Positions 17,949 through 25,785 of a stretch of DNA of 56,979 nt are shown piece by piece. The stretch's first letter is position 1; the number at the start of each line of letters is the position of its first letter. The position numbers and the translations under genes are program-made. The DNA comes from Candidatus Poseidoniaceae archaeon. Lineage in GTDB: Archaea; Thermoplasmatota; Poseidoniia; Poseidoniales; Poseidoniaceae. Location: positions 1 through 56,979 of the forward strand of contig DAIUCF010000004.1 in assembly GCA_036846305.1 (NCBI GenBank). Reading direction: 5' to 3'. Below the pieces are notes generated by a model that saw only the letters and a program-made list of their open reading frames with translations, ran no database searches and was not told the origin of the DNA.

Positions 17949-18914
17949 TCAAAGAGTCCACTGGAAGACCAGTGCACCTGCAACACGCAGATGAACAAAT
18001 GAACCTGGACCTCGTACAGTGACCGTAAGTGAATACTCGCCCGTGTTTGAAGGAATGGTCCCAATGGCGCCCTTCTCAGTAGCACCGGAGCCCCAAGCCC
18101 TTGTGAGCGGAGATGCTCCGGCATGGTCTTTCATTGAGAGGGAACCTGAACCGCCTTGACTTATTTCCACATCAAGATACCATACCAACGTGTTCCAATC
18201 GCCTTCGCTTGAATGACCTTCATCCAGAAACGTATCGTAGACTTCTTGGTCGTTTTCTTCATACAGACGGTCAATCAGGTCACCCGCTCGATAAAAAAAT
18301 ACGTCTCCCGAGTACCCGGTCCTTGCGGCGTTTAAGTCCATTCGTAATTGACGAACTCCATCCCCATCCCGCCAAACAAAGGATTCCATAAACTCCTTGC
18401 TACCACTGAACGTGTAGGAAAGTTCGTGACCTTCTGCAGAAGTCGCTGTAACGCGCACATTTCCGTTGGTAATGGAATCAGTAGAGGCAGTCCAATCTTG
18501 TCCAAGCAAAGTGAATGACCATGTATCTCCAACCGTCCAAGGAAATGAAAACACCTGTTGAGGTTCTCCATTCTCGTACACCGACAAACCATCAAGAGTA
18601 ACTCGGCCAAGGAACGGATTGTGATTAATTACTGCATGACGTTGCGCTTCCCGTTCAGATGAAATCCCCAGGCGATAGACTCCGGACTCATTATCGATTT
18701 CGGCAACGACGAGTCGTGCGCTGTCTTCCCCGAATTGAGGAGTGATGAAGGTGTAGAGCCACTGGTCACCCACTTCCCATTGAGGAAGCAGTTTCTGTTC
18801 TTCTGTAGTTGTATCCTCGGATGAAGACATCGTTGAGTCGGAGGTGCATCCAGCTAATATGCTGGTACACAGCAAAAGCATCAGCATGACGCTTGCTTCA
18901 AGTATTCGACCCAT
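17949..18914 (-). CDS. Putative lipoprotein, function unknown
   Basis: N-terminus MGRILEASVMLMLLLCTSILAGCTSD is a signal peptide plus lipobox (LAGC). The remainder looks beta-rich and I do not recognise it. Confidence 0.55.
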   Translation of the reverse strand: MGRILEASVMLMLLLCTSILAGCTSDSTMSSSEDTTTEEQKLLPQWEVGDQWLYTFITPQFGEDSARLVVAEIDNESGVYRLGISSEREAQRHAVINHNPFLGRVTLDGLSVYENGEPQQVFSFPWTVGDTWSFTLLGQDWTASTDSITNGNVRVTATSAEGHELSYTFSGSKEFMESFVWRDGDGVRQLRMDLNAARTGYSGDVFFYRAGDLIDRLYEENDQEVYDTFLDEGHSSEGDWNTLVWYLDVEISQGGSGSLSMKDHAGASPLTRAWGSGATEKGAIGTIPSNTGEYSLTVTVRGPGSFVHLRVAGALVFQWTL

Positions 18915-18961
18915 GATTGGCCGAGACGGACTTTCTTCAAGAGTCTAACGCTTGAACAAGA

Positions 18962-21076
18962 TTACACAAGTTGGCCAGTTCCAGCCAAAACAACTGCAAC
19001 AATAGACATCAGTTTGATGAGGATGTTAAGTGATGGACCAGAGGTATCCTTGAACGGATCTCCAATTGTATCGCCAATAACTGCTGCTTCGTGAGCATCA
19101 TCGCCCTTCTTAGCACCATCGATATGACCTTGCTCGATTGCTTTCTTGGCGTTATCCCAAGCACCTCCGGCGTTTGCCATGAACAGGGCCATGAGAACAC
19201 CGGTGACAAGAGAACCTGCAAGAAGGCCGCCGAGTGCATCAGCACCAAGCGCCAATCCAACGATGACTGGCGCCAAGACTGCAACGACACCCGGGCCTAT
19301 CATTTCTCGTAGGGCTGCTTTGGTTGAAATATCAACGCACGTTTGTGAATCTGGATATGTCATGTCGCCAGCAACGACTTTCTCAGGCCATGAAGTTGCG
19401 TCTTCCAGGTCGCCTTCAAATGAAGTGTCCTTGGACAAACTCTCTCTCATGATGGCAAATTGACGTCGAATTTCAACAACCATGTCGCCCGCAGCCTTTC
19501 CAACTGAAGTCATAGTCATGGCAGCAACTACGAACGGTAATCCTCCACCGATGAGAAGGCCGATAACGACCATTGGGTTTGTCAAGGTCAAGTCAAGATT
19601 GTCTGGGCCAACTGCAGCGGTGAAAGCTGCGAAGAGTGCAAGGGCAGTCAATGCTGCTGAACCAATTGCGAACCCCTTTCCGACTGCTGCAGTCGTGTTA
19701 CCAATTGAATCGAGTTCATCGGTAATTGCACGTACATCGGACCCAAGTCCGCTCATCTCTGCAATTCCTCCTGCATTGTCGGCAACCGGGCCGTAAGCAT
19801 CGACAGTCATGGTAACACCGACAGTAGCAAGCATTCCCATTGCAGCCATTGCGATACAATAGAGGCCGTAGTCATCGCCGCCAAAGTGATTTGCTCCAAA
19901 GATTCCAGCAGCAATCAAAATGATTGGAATAAAGGTTGACATCATACCAACCGAAAGGCCGGCAATAGCGTTGGTTGCTGGCCCAGTTTTGGACATTTCA
20001 CCAATATGAGGAATGGCTTTGGTTTTGATTCCAAACACCGGTTCGATTCCAGTGTAGTATTCAGTAACAAGCCCGATTGCAATTCCAACTACGCTACCCA
20101 ATACAACTGAATGCATAACTCCGAGTTCAACTTCAATGAAATCTCCTTGAATTGCAAAATAGCCACCAGCCCAAAACAGAATTGCTGCGATGAACGTCGT
20201 GTTGCGAAGTGCTGCTGCTGCATCTTTGCCGTTCTTAAGAACGAACATTGAGAATACGCCAATAATTGATGCGACGTATCCAATGAGACCGAGCAGAATT
20301 GGCATCATGATGTAGTCAGAAGTACCTGCAAAGTCGTCTGAACTTGCAATAATCATCGCTGCGATGATTGAACCAACAAATGATTCGAAAATATCTGCAC
20401 CCATTCCAGCAACATCTCCAACGTTGTCACCAACGTTGTCTGCAATAACACCAGGGTTACGCGGATCATCTTCAGGAATTCCGGCTTCGACTTTACCGAC
20501 CAGGTCAGCACCAACGTCGGCAGCCTTGGTGTATATTCCACCACCAACTCGAGCGAAAAGAGCGATGGATGAAGCTCCCATGCCGAATCCTGCAGCAGCA
20601 GAAAGGTCCGGATCTGCATCGCCTGCTCCTAGCCAGTATGCCACAAGAGAGATACCGAGAAGACCAAGTCCACCAACGGAAAGGCCCATGACTGCTCCAC
20701 CGTTGTACGAAACGGCCAAAGCGCCTGCTTTGCCATCGTTTTTGGCAGCCATTGTGGTTCGACCGTTTGCTGAAGTAGCCGCACGCATGCCCGAGAATCC
20801 TGCAGCAACTGATGCAATTGCACCTGCAAAGAAGGCAAGAGCAGTATTCATGTCATTGAGTTGAGTAAGTGCAACTCCGACAACCGCTACGAAGATAGCG
20901 AGAACTCGATATTCTGCAAAGAGGAACGCCATAGCACCTTTTTGAATTTCTTCGGTGATATTGGAGACCTTATCGTTGTCAATTTTTACTTTGTTAACTT
21001 GTTGATACAGCATAAACGCAACTACAAGTCCGAAAAGACCTGCTCCTGCGGCAATCATTGGTATATTATCCATCAT
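18962..21076 (-). CDS. hppA: Membrane-bound ion-translocating inorganic pyrophosphatase
   Basis: Hallmarks are ...[20 protein letters not shown]..., ...[21 protein letters not shown]..., ...GGAWDNAKK..., ...[23 protein letters not shown]... Start moved to the ATG-ATG at 21071-21076 ([13 protein letters not shown]...); the upstream 33 codons of the track ORF look non-native. Confidence 0.95.
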   Translation of the reverse strand: MMDNIPMIAAGAGLFGLVVAFMLYQQVNKVKIDNDKVSNITEEIQKGAMAFLFAEYRVLAIFVAVVGVALTQLNDMNTALAFFAGAIASVAAGFSGMRAATSANGRTTMAAKNDGKAGALAVSYNGGAVMGLSVGGLGLLGISLVAYWLGAGDADPDLSAAAGFGMGASSIALFARVGGGIYTKAADVGADLVGKVEAGIPEDDPRNPGVIADNVGDNVGDVAGMGADIFESFVGSIIAAMIIASSDDFAGTSDYIMMPILLGLIGYVASIIGVFSMFVLKNGKDAAAALRNTTFIAAILFWAGGYFAIQGDFIEVELGVMHSVVLGSVVGIAIGLVTEYYTGIEPVFGIKTKAIPHIGEMSKTGPATNAIAGLSVGMMSTFIPIILIAAGIFGANHFGGDDYGLYCIAMAAMGMLATVGVTMTVDAYGPVADNAGGIAEMSGLGSDVRAITDELDSIGNTTAAVGKGFAIGSAALTALALFAAFTAAVGPDNLDLTLTNPMVVIGLLIGGGLPFVVAAMTMTSVGKAAGDMVVEIRRQFAIMRESLSKDTSFEGDLEDATSWPEKVVAGDMTYPDSQTCVDISTKAALREMIGPGVVAVLAPVIVGLALGADALGGLLAGSLVTGVLMALFMANAGGAWDNAKKAIEQGHIDGAKKGDDAHEAAVIGDTIGDPFKDTSGPSLNILIKLMSIVAVVLAGTGQLV

Positions 21077-21241
21077 TATAGAACACCTGTTGATTTGGCG
21101 ACCTGTGAACCCTTCATAAGTGGTTCCCTCTAAGAAACACACACCTATGGGCTTTTCAGGCAGATTTTGTCTCACCGAAAGTTATGAAATTTTGGAACCA
21201 ACCAAGCAATTCTTCAAAGAGTATGGAGGAGTGGCGGTGAC

Positions 21242-21577
21242 ATGGCAATAACTGCTGAGGAGATCTTGGCTGAAATTGGCCCTGTCCAAGAAATTCTTGA
21301 CGAGCACGATGGAGTTGTTACCGTCCTTGACACCGCTGATGGCAACATTATGCTGTCTCTGGATGGGGGCTGTAATGGCTGTTCATCCACGCCAATGACT
21401 GCCATGCAAATCTACTATTCGCTCAAAAAACTCGACAAAATCAACGATGTTATCTTTGTTAACGGCGAACTTCCAGAATACATGAGAACTTTCATCGACC
21501 AAAAAATGGCCAAAGAAGCCACGGAGTCCACGAATGAACTCGATGGAAGCAACCAACCTCGCGGCGAAATTGTCTGA
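21242..21577 (+). CDS. NifU C-terminal-domain-like (Nfu-type) Fe-S scaffold protein
   Basis: ...VQEILDEHDGVVTVLDTADGNIMLSLDGGCNGCSSTPMT... has the CxxC motif in the Nfu context (G-x-C-x-G-C). Confidence 0.6.
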   Translation: MAITAEEILAEIGPVQEILDEHDGVVTVLDTADGNIMLSLDGGCNGCSSTPMTAMQIYYSLKKLDKINDVIFVNGELPEYMRTFIDQKMAKEATESTNELDGSNQPRGEIV

Positions 21578-22042
21578 TTAATCATCTTTAGAACTGTTTG
21601 AAAAGGTTGTTTCAGTGACAACTGAGTCATTAATTGAAATTTCTTGAATATTGATAACTGTTTTAGTTTCTGTATTCTCGGTTGAGGAACTTTGTTCAAT
21701 TGAGTTGATATTTTCTAATTCGTGGTTTTCCTTTCCAATGGTATGAGGATTGGCTCCGAACGATATGTTTTCCCCTTTGATGTTCATTCGTGCTGAAATC
21801 GCAATCACAATACATACCAAGGATAACGGTTTTGGGAGATAATTTGAACCCCACAATTCTCCCCCTGAGAGGGATAACCACCATAGAACTCCCGCTGCGG
21901 TAATCAAAATAATTGCGATGAGGTTTTGAACGATGTTTTCGGCACGTGGTGAGCGTGAAAAGGTGGCAATGAAAGTGAACAACACTGCAGAAATACCACA
22001 GAGAGCCTCTGCCAAATGTTCGATGAACACGACACTGACCAT
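21578..22042 (-). CDS. Hypothetical membrane protein
   Basis: Three to four predicted TM helices followed by a polar Ser/Thr/Asn/Glu tail. Start placed at Met34 (MVSVVFIEH...) to avoid overlapping the divergent polX start. Start uncertain. Confidence 0.4.
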   Translation of the reverse strand: MVSVVFIEHLAEALCGISAVLFTFIATFSRSPRAENIVQNLIAIILITAAGVLWWLSLSGGELWGSNYLPKPLSLVCIVIAISARMNIKGENISFGANPHTIGKENHELENINSIEQSSSTENTETKTVINIQEISINDSVVTETTFSNSSKDD

Positions 22043-22132
22043 GGTCGACCCTACAGGTTGTGGTTCTTCAACATGAAGTTTAGCGAATTGCGTAAGAGCA
22101 ACGTTTGAGAAGGGTCGAATGTAACACCCTTT

Positions 22133-24070
22133 ATGGCGCAAGGAGGATTCACGCTACCGAAGGCTCGGCCCAATGGCCCGCCGTACTTCTCACGTAATCA
22201 GATATCGACCGTTATGCACCAAGTTGCAATTCTGCTTGAACTCAATGGAGCCAATGTTTTTCGCGTGCGCTCTTATCAAAACGCCAGCAGAATGCTTGGT
22301 GGTCTCACAGAAGATCTAGGGGAATTGGTGACAACTGGCCGACTGTTCGAGTTGAAAGGAATCGGTAAAGGATTAGGTTCAGCACTAACACAAGCCATTA
22401 TGGAGGGTCATTGGCCGAAAGACTGGGTAGACTTGCATACCAATACTCCACAAGGTCTCATCGAAATGTTGGGAATACCTGGACTAGGGCCGAAGAGAAT
22501 CAAGTTGATGAACGAAGAATTGGGGGTTGATTCTGTTGCGGCGTTAAAAGAAGCGGCTCTCGATGACTTGATTGCTCCAATGAAAGGGTTTGGAAAAAAA
22601 TCACAGCAACGGATGTTAGATGGAATCGAACTTCTCGCCCGGTTTAGAGCACGAAGAAGACTCGATATCGGGTTGATGTACGGTGAGGCTTTTCAAAACA
22701 AAATCTCTCAAATTAGTGGTGTTTTGAAAGCTCAACTCGCTGGCAGTGCTCGTAGAAGAAAGGAAACTATTGGTGACCTGGACCTCGTTGTGGCAGTTGA
22801 ACAAGAACATCACGAAGAAGTAGCTGAATCCATTCTATCTCTACCCGGAATCGCAGACGTCAAAGGCGCCGGGGATTCAAAAATCAGCCTCATTCTCGAC
22901 ACTACAATTTTCGAAGGAGGCTTCACAGTTGGCCATATTGATCCGAATGTTTTGGACGCAATTGGTGGTGATGATTACGAACAACTTGAGAGCAGTGGGA
23001 CTATTGATGCTCAGGTTCGTCTAGTACCACCGGAAGTCTTTGCTTTTACTCTAGCGTATTTCACAGGTAGTAAAGAACACAACATTGCAATGCGTCAACG
23101 CGCTATCGACAGAGGACTAAAACTGAATGAGTTTGGTTTAATCCCAGATGCTGATGCTGGGGGGCTCAAAGGAATGGCTGCTGCAAAATTCTCACTTCCT
23201 GCATTGAGTGAACAAGAAATATACCAGCATTTGGAACTGGAATGGGTTACACCTGAATTGCGTGAAGACACTGGAGAAATCCTTGCTGCAGAATCCTCAA
23301 GCCTCCCACAACTCATCACTGGCAACGATATCCGCGGTGCACTGCACAATCACACAACCCTCTCCGATGGTGAGGCAACGCTCGAAGAAATGGCCGATAC
23401 AGCACGCAAAATGGGATGGAACTGGCTGGGGGTTGCCGACCATTCACCGACACTCAAAATTGCAAATGGAGCCAGTGCTGAAGATTTACTCCAACAGGGC
23501 GAGACAATTCGAAAGTACAACACATCGTGGGCAAATGAAGGCGTTGACTTCCAACTCTTTCATGGAGTTGAGTCTGACATTCTTGAAGGCGGCAAACTTG
23601 ACCATCCCGATGATGTTCTGTCCCAACTGGACTATACTGTTGCTTCAGTTCACGCTCTATCAAAATGGAAAGCACGCGATGAAATACAAAATACTGAAGA
23701 ATTAATTCGTTGTATTGACCATCCGGCAACAACCATACTCGGCCACCCTACAGGTCGAATTTTGCAAGGCAGAGACGGATATGAAGTGGATTTGTTTGCG
23801 GTTTTGGAACATATGGCAGAACACAATGATGAGGGGCGGTTGAAGGCCGTCGAACTGAATGCAAGCCCGTACCGATTGGACCTTGACTGGCGCTTGTGTA
23901 AACATGCAAAAGGTCTCGGAGTCCCTGTCATCATAAACCCTGATGCACATTCAATTCGTGGCCTTGCAGACATTAGTTACGGCGTGATGGCCGCTCGAAA
24001 GGGATGGATTGAAGCGAATGATGTGCTCAATTCCTTAACGAGCACAGACCTGCGGCAAAAATTAACTTGA
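22133..24070 (+). CDS. polX: Family X DNA polymerase with C-terminal PHP (histidinol-phosphatase-like) domain
   Basis: N-terminal HhH region (...VAILLELNGANVFRVRSYQNASRML..., ...GIPGLGPKRIKLM...), Pol-beta nucleotidyltransferase motif GSARRRKETIGDLDLVV, and a PHP domain starting ...GALHNHTTLSDGEATLEEM... with ...VADHSP..., ...GVESDI..., ...ASVH..., ...GHPTGR..., ...INPDAHS. Confidence 0.9.
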   Translation: MAQGGFTLPKARPNGPPYFSRNQISTVMHQVAILLELNGANVFRVRSYQNASRMLGGLTEDLGELVTTGRLFELKGIGKGLGSALTQAIMEGHWPKDWVDLHTNTPQGLIEMLGIPGLGPKRIKLMNEELGVDSVAALKEAALDDLIAPMKGFGKKSQQRMLDGIELLARFRARRRLDIGLMYGEAFQNKISQISGVLKAQLAGSARRRKETIGDLDLVVAVEQEHHEEVAESILSLPGIADVKGAGDSKISLILDTTIFEGGFTVGHIDPNVLDAIGGDDYEQLESSGTIDAQVRLVPPEVFAFTLAYFTGSKEHNIAMRQRAIDRGLKLNEFGLIPDADAGGLKGMAAAKFSLPALSEQEIYQHLELEWVTPELREDTGEILAAESSSLPQLITGNDIRGALHNHTTLSDGEATLEEMADTARKMGWNWLGVADHSPTLKIANGASAEDLLQQGETIRKYNTSWANEGVDFQLFHGVESDILEGGKLDHPDDVLSQLDYTVASVHALSKWKARDEIQNTEELIRCIDHPATTILGHPTGRILQGRDGYEVDLFAVLEHMAEHNDEGRLKAVELNASPYRLDLDWRLCKHAKGLGVPVIINPDAHSIRGLADISYGVMAARKGWIEANDVLNSLTSTDLRQKLT

Positions 24071-24117
24071 AACGATTCAAACCACACCTTCTTGACATTC
24101 GCCCCTTTGGATGAATC

Positions 24118-24327
24118 ATGCGTCTCCTACGTACACTCATTATGGGCAGTGTTATGCTCATTCCTGGTCTCCTTCTCTCGATGCTGTTGTGGTATATTCT
24201 GGGACAACCCAATACGGAGCCAATGGAATCACTCATTTGTAACGGAATACCGCTATTATCAATTTCATTAGGTTTGTTCTTTGGATGGAAAACTGGTGAG
24301 GCATACTCCGTCAAAATGGAGTCATAA
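24118..24327 (+). CDS. Small hypothetical membrane protein (69 aa, 2 TM)
   Basis: Two clear hydrophobic helices. Lies 47 nt after polX on the same strand. No motif recognised. Confidence 0.35.
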   Translation: MRLLRTLIMGSVMLIPGLLLSMLLWYILGQPNTEPMESLICNGIPLLSISLGLFFGWKTGEAYSVKMES

Positions 24328-24339
24328 GGTCGGGATTAA

Positions 24340-24642
24340 ATGCAAGTGGCTATCGACGACTGGCATAAGTTCTGTAAGAGTTTTGAATCTTTTTTCCAAG
24401 ACATTGATGGTGTTGTCGAAACAATGGAAAAAAACATCACTTTTCGCTCTCCAAACAATCGGGTATCAACCCATTTGAGCGTTTTCAATAACGGTGAATT
24501 TTCTGCCGGCATGCCCCTTCATGGCGTTGATTCAAAAATCCAACAAGTGGTTTTTACTGGTAGTGAAAAGAAGATTCAACTCCTTGGAGAAAACATTGAC
24601 TACACCTACCGGGTACCCTTGGAATTACAAACAAGTGATTGA
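24340..24642 (+). CDS. Hypothetical protein (100 aa, soluble)
   Basis: ATG lies 12 nt after the previous stop, and its TGA (24640-24642) is followed one nucleotide later by the nth ATG at 24644. No motif recognised. Confidence 0.4.
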   Translation: MQVAIDDWHKFCKSFESFFQDIDGVVETMEKNITFRSPNNRVSTHLSVFNNGEFSAGMPLHGVDSKIQQVVFTGSEKKIQLLGENIDYTYRVPLELQTSD

Positions 24643-24643
24643 T

Positions 24644-25309
24644 ATGCGGCGAAAAGAGAAAGCTGAAAGAATCGCTTCAATGCTAGAAGAATTCTACCCC
24701 CAAACACCGGTTCCACTCGACCATGAGAATGATTATCAACTTCTCATTGCAGTTTTAATGAGTGCACAAACTACAGATCTCAAAGTAAATCAGGTCACTC
24801 CAGCACTCTTTTCAAAGGCACCAACAGCAAAAAAAATGACCCAACTCAGCGTACAAGAAATTCTCAACGACATTCGACAAGTAGGCCTTGCCCCAACCAA
24901 AGCCAAAAACATCCATCGATTATCTGAACTTTTGATTGAGCGCCATGACGGAGAGATTCCTCAAACTTTTGAAGAACTTGAAAACCTGCCCGGAGTTGGC
25001 CATAAAACGGCTGGAGTCGTAATGGCACAAGCCTTTGGCGTACCTGCCTTTCCGATTGATACCCATATCCACCGCCTTGCGGCTCGATGGGGGTTATCAA
25101 ACGATACAACAGTAGTACGAACTGAAAAAGATTTGAAAGCGGTGTTCCCTCGGAAGTTATGGAATAAACTTCACCTTCAAATTATATTCTTTGGACGTGA
25201 ATATTGCCCAGCAAGAAACCATGACTTGGAATCATGTCCCATTTGTTCTTGGGCTGCAAGCAAAAAGCGAATTCATCAAGAAAAGAATCGTTCCTCTAAA
25301 AAATCGTGA
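24644..25309 (+). CDS. nth: Endonuclease III (HhH-GPD DNA glycosylase/AP lyase)
   Basis: From ATG 24644: ...DYQLLIAVLMSAQTTDLKVN..., HhH-GPD LPGVGHKTAGVVM, catalytic context ...FPIDTHIHRLAARWGL... The track start at 24494 adds 50 non-homologous codons that overlap the previous ORF. Confidence 0.9.
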   Translation: MRRKEKAERIASMLEEFYPQTPVPLDHENDYQLLIAVLMSAQTTDLKVNQVTPALFSKAPTAKKMTQLSVQEILNDIRQVGLAPTKAKNIHRLSELLIERHDGEIPQTFEELENLPGVGHKTAGVVMAQAFGVPAFPIDTHIHRLAARWGLSNDTTVVRTEKDLKAVFPRKLWNKLHLQIIFFGREYCPARNHDLESCPICSWAASKKRIHQEKNRSSKKS

Positions 25310-25751
25310 TGCTGCGAGACGCTATGTTCATGAGTACAAGTACCCCTACAATGACTGCAGTTACCCGCATAGCGGTATGGTCGTCCGTCCCATCGTGTGA
25401 TTCTCTCAAGAGCGCATAACAAATTAATCCTAGGCCCAGAGCCTGAAGAATACCGCCTACTGAACCAATCACCCTCTGTAAATCAGAATGTGTTTCGAGG
25501 TCCTTAGCCATGTCTTCCAAAGCACCCTCAGCCTCCATATCATAATCTACGGCTGCTGGAGCACCATCCATTGCTACAACTTCAACGAAAATAACCGAAG
25601 CGAGAACCAGAATAATTCCAAGCATCAGCCATCTATGGAACGAATAACTCAACGCCGATTGCTGAAACCCTGCCGCAGGCTGATAGGGAGATACTGGCGT
25701 GGGCAAAGGTTGCTGTGCTTGAGGGCCCGGAGGTGGAGGAGGTACTTGCAT
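25296..25751 (-). CDS. Hypothetical membrane protein with Pro/Gln-rich N-terminus
   Basis: MQVPPPPPGPQAQQPLPTPVSPYQPAAGF... followed by 2-3 TM helices. It is the last ORF on the archaellum-operon strand. With the start at ATG 25751 it lies 34 nt after the arlJ stop; the track start at 25823 overlaps arlJ by 38 nt. Confidence 0.4.
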   Translation of the reverse strand: MQVPPPPPGPQAQQPLPTPVSPYQPAAGFQQSALSYSFHRWLMLGIILVLASVIFVEVVAMDGAPAAVDYDMEAEGALEDMAKDLETHSDLQRVIGSVGGILQALGLGLICYALLRESHDGTDDHTAMRVTAVIVGVLVLMNIASRSITIF

Positions 25752-25785
25752 AGAAGACAATACACAAGTAGGGTTATGATATTTA

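Noticed and set aside
17949-17951. TGA at the lipoprotein/esterase junction as a selenocysteine codon
   Set aside because: I could identify no Sec-insertion element, and no Sec machinery is in the window. The residue would fall in a linker or strand rather than a redox site. It is kept only as one untested alternative under the in-frame-stop finding.
20364-20864. 166-aa Ala/Pro/Ser-rich ORF antisense to hppA (also 19146..19463 and 19482..19796)
   Set aside because: These are the antisense frame of a Gly/Ala/Val-rich membrane protein gene. The hppA frame carries unmistakable PPase motifs.
21077-21175. N-terminal extension of hppA (track start 21175); similar long extensions for mscS (6571) and nth (24494)
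   Set aside because: The extensions lack similarity to the conserved family N-termini. They either crowd divergent promoters or overlap neighbouring ORFs, and internal ATG codons give canonical N-termini.
23208-23973. ORFs 23208..23705 (+), 23454..23732 (-), 23650..23973 (-) and 23702..23950 (-)
   Set aside because: They are nested in the polX PHP-domain region in other frames or on the other strand. The polX frame shows the conserved His/Asp PHP motifs.
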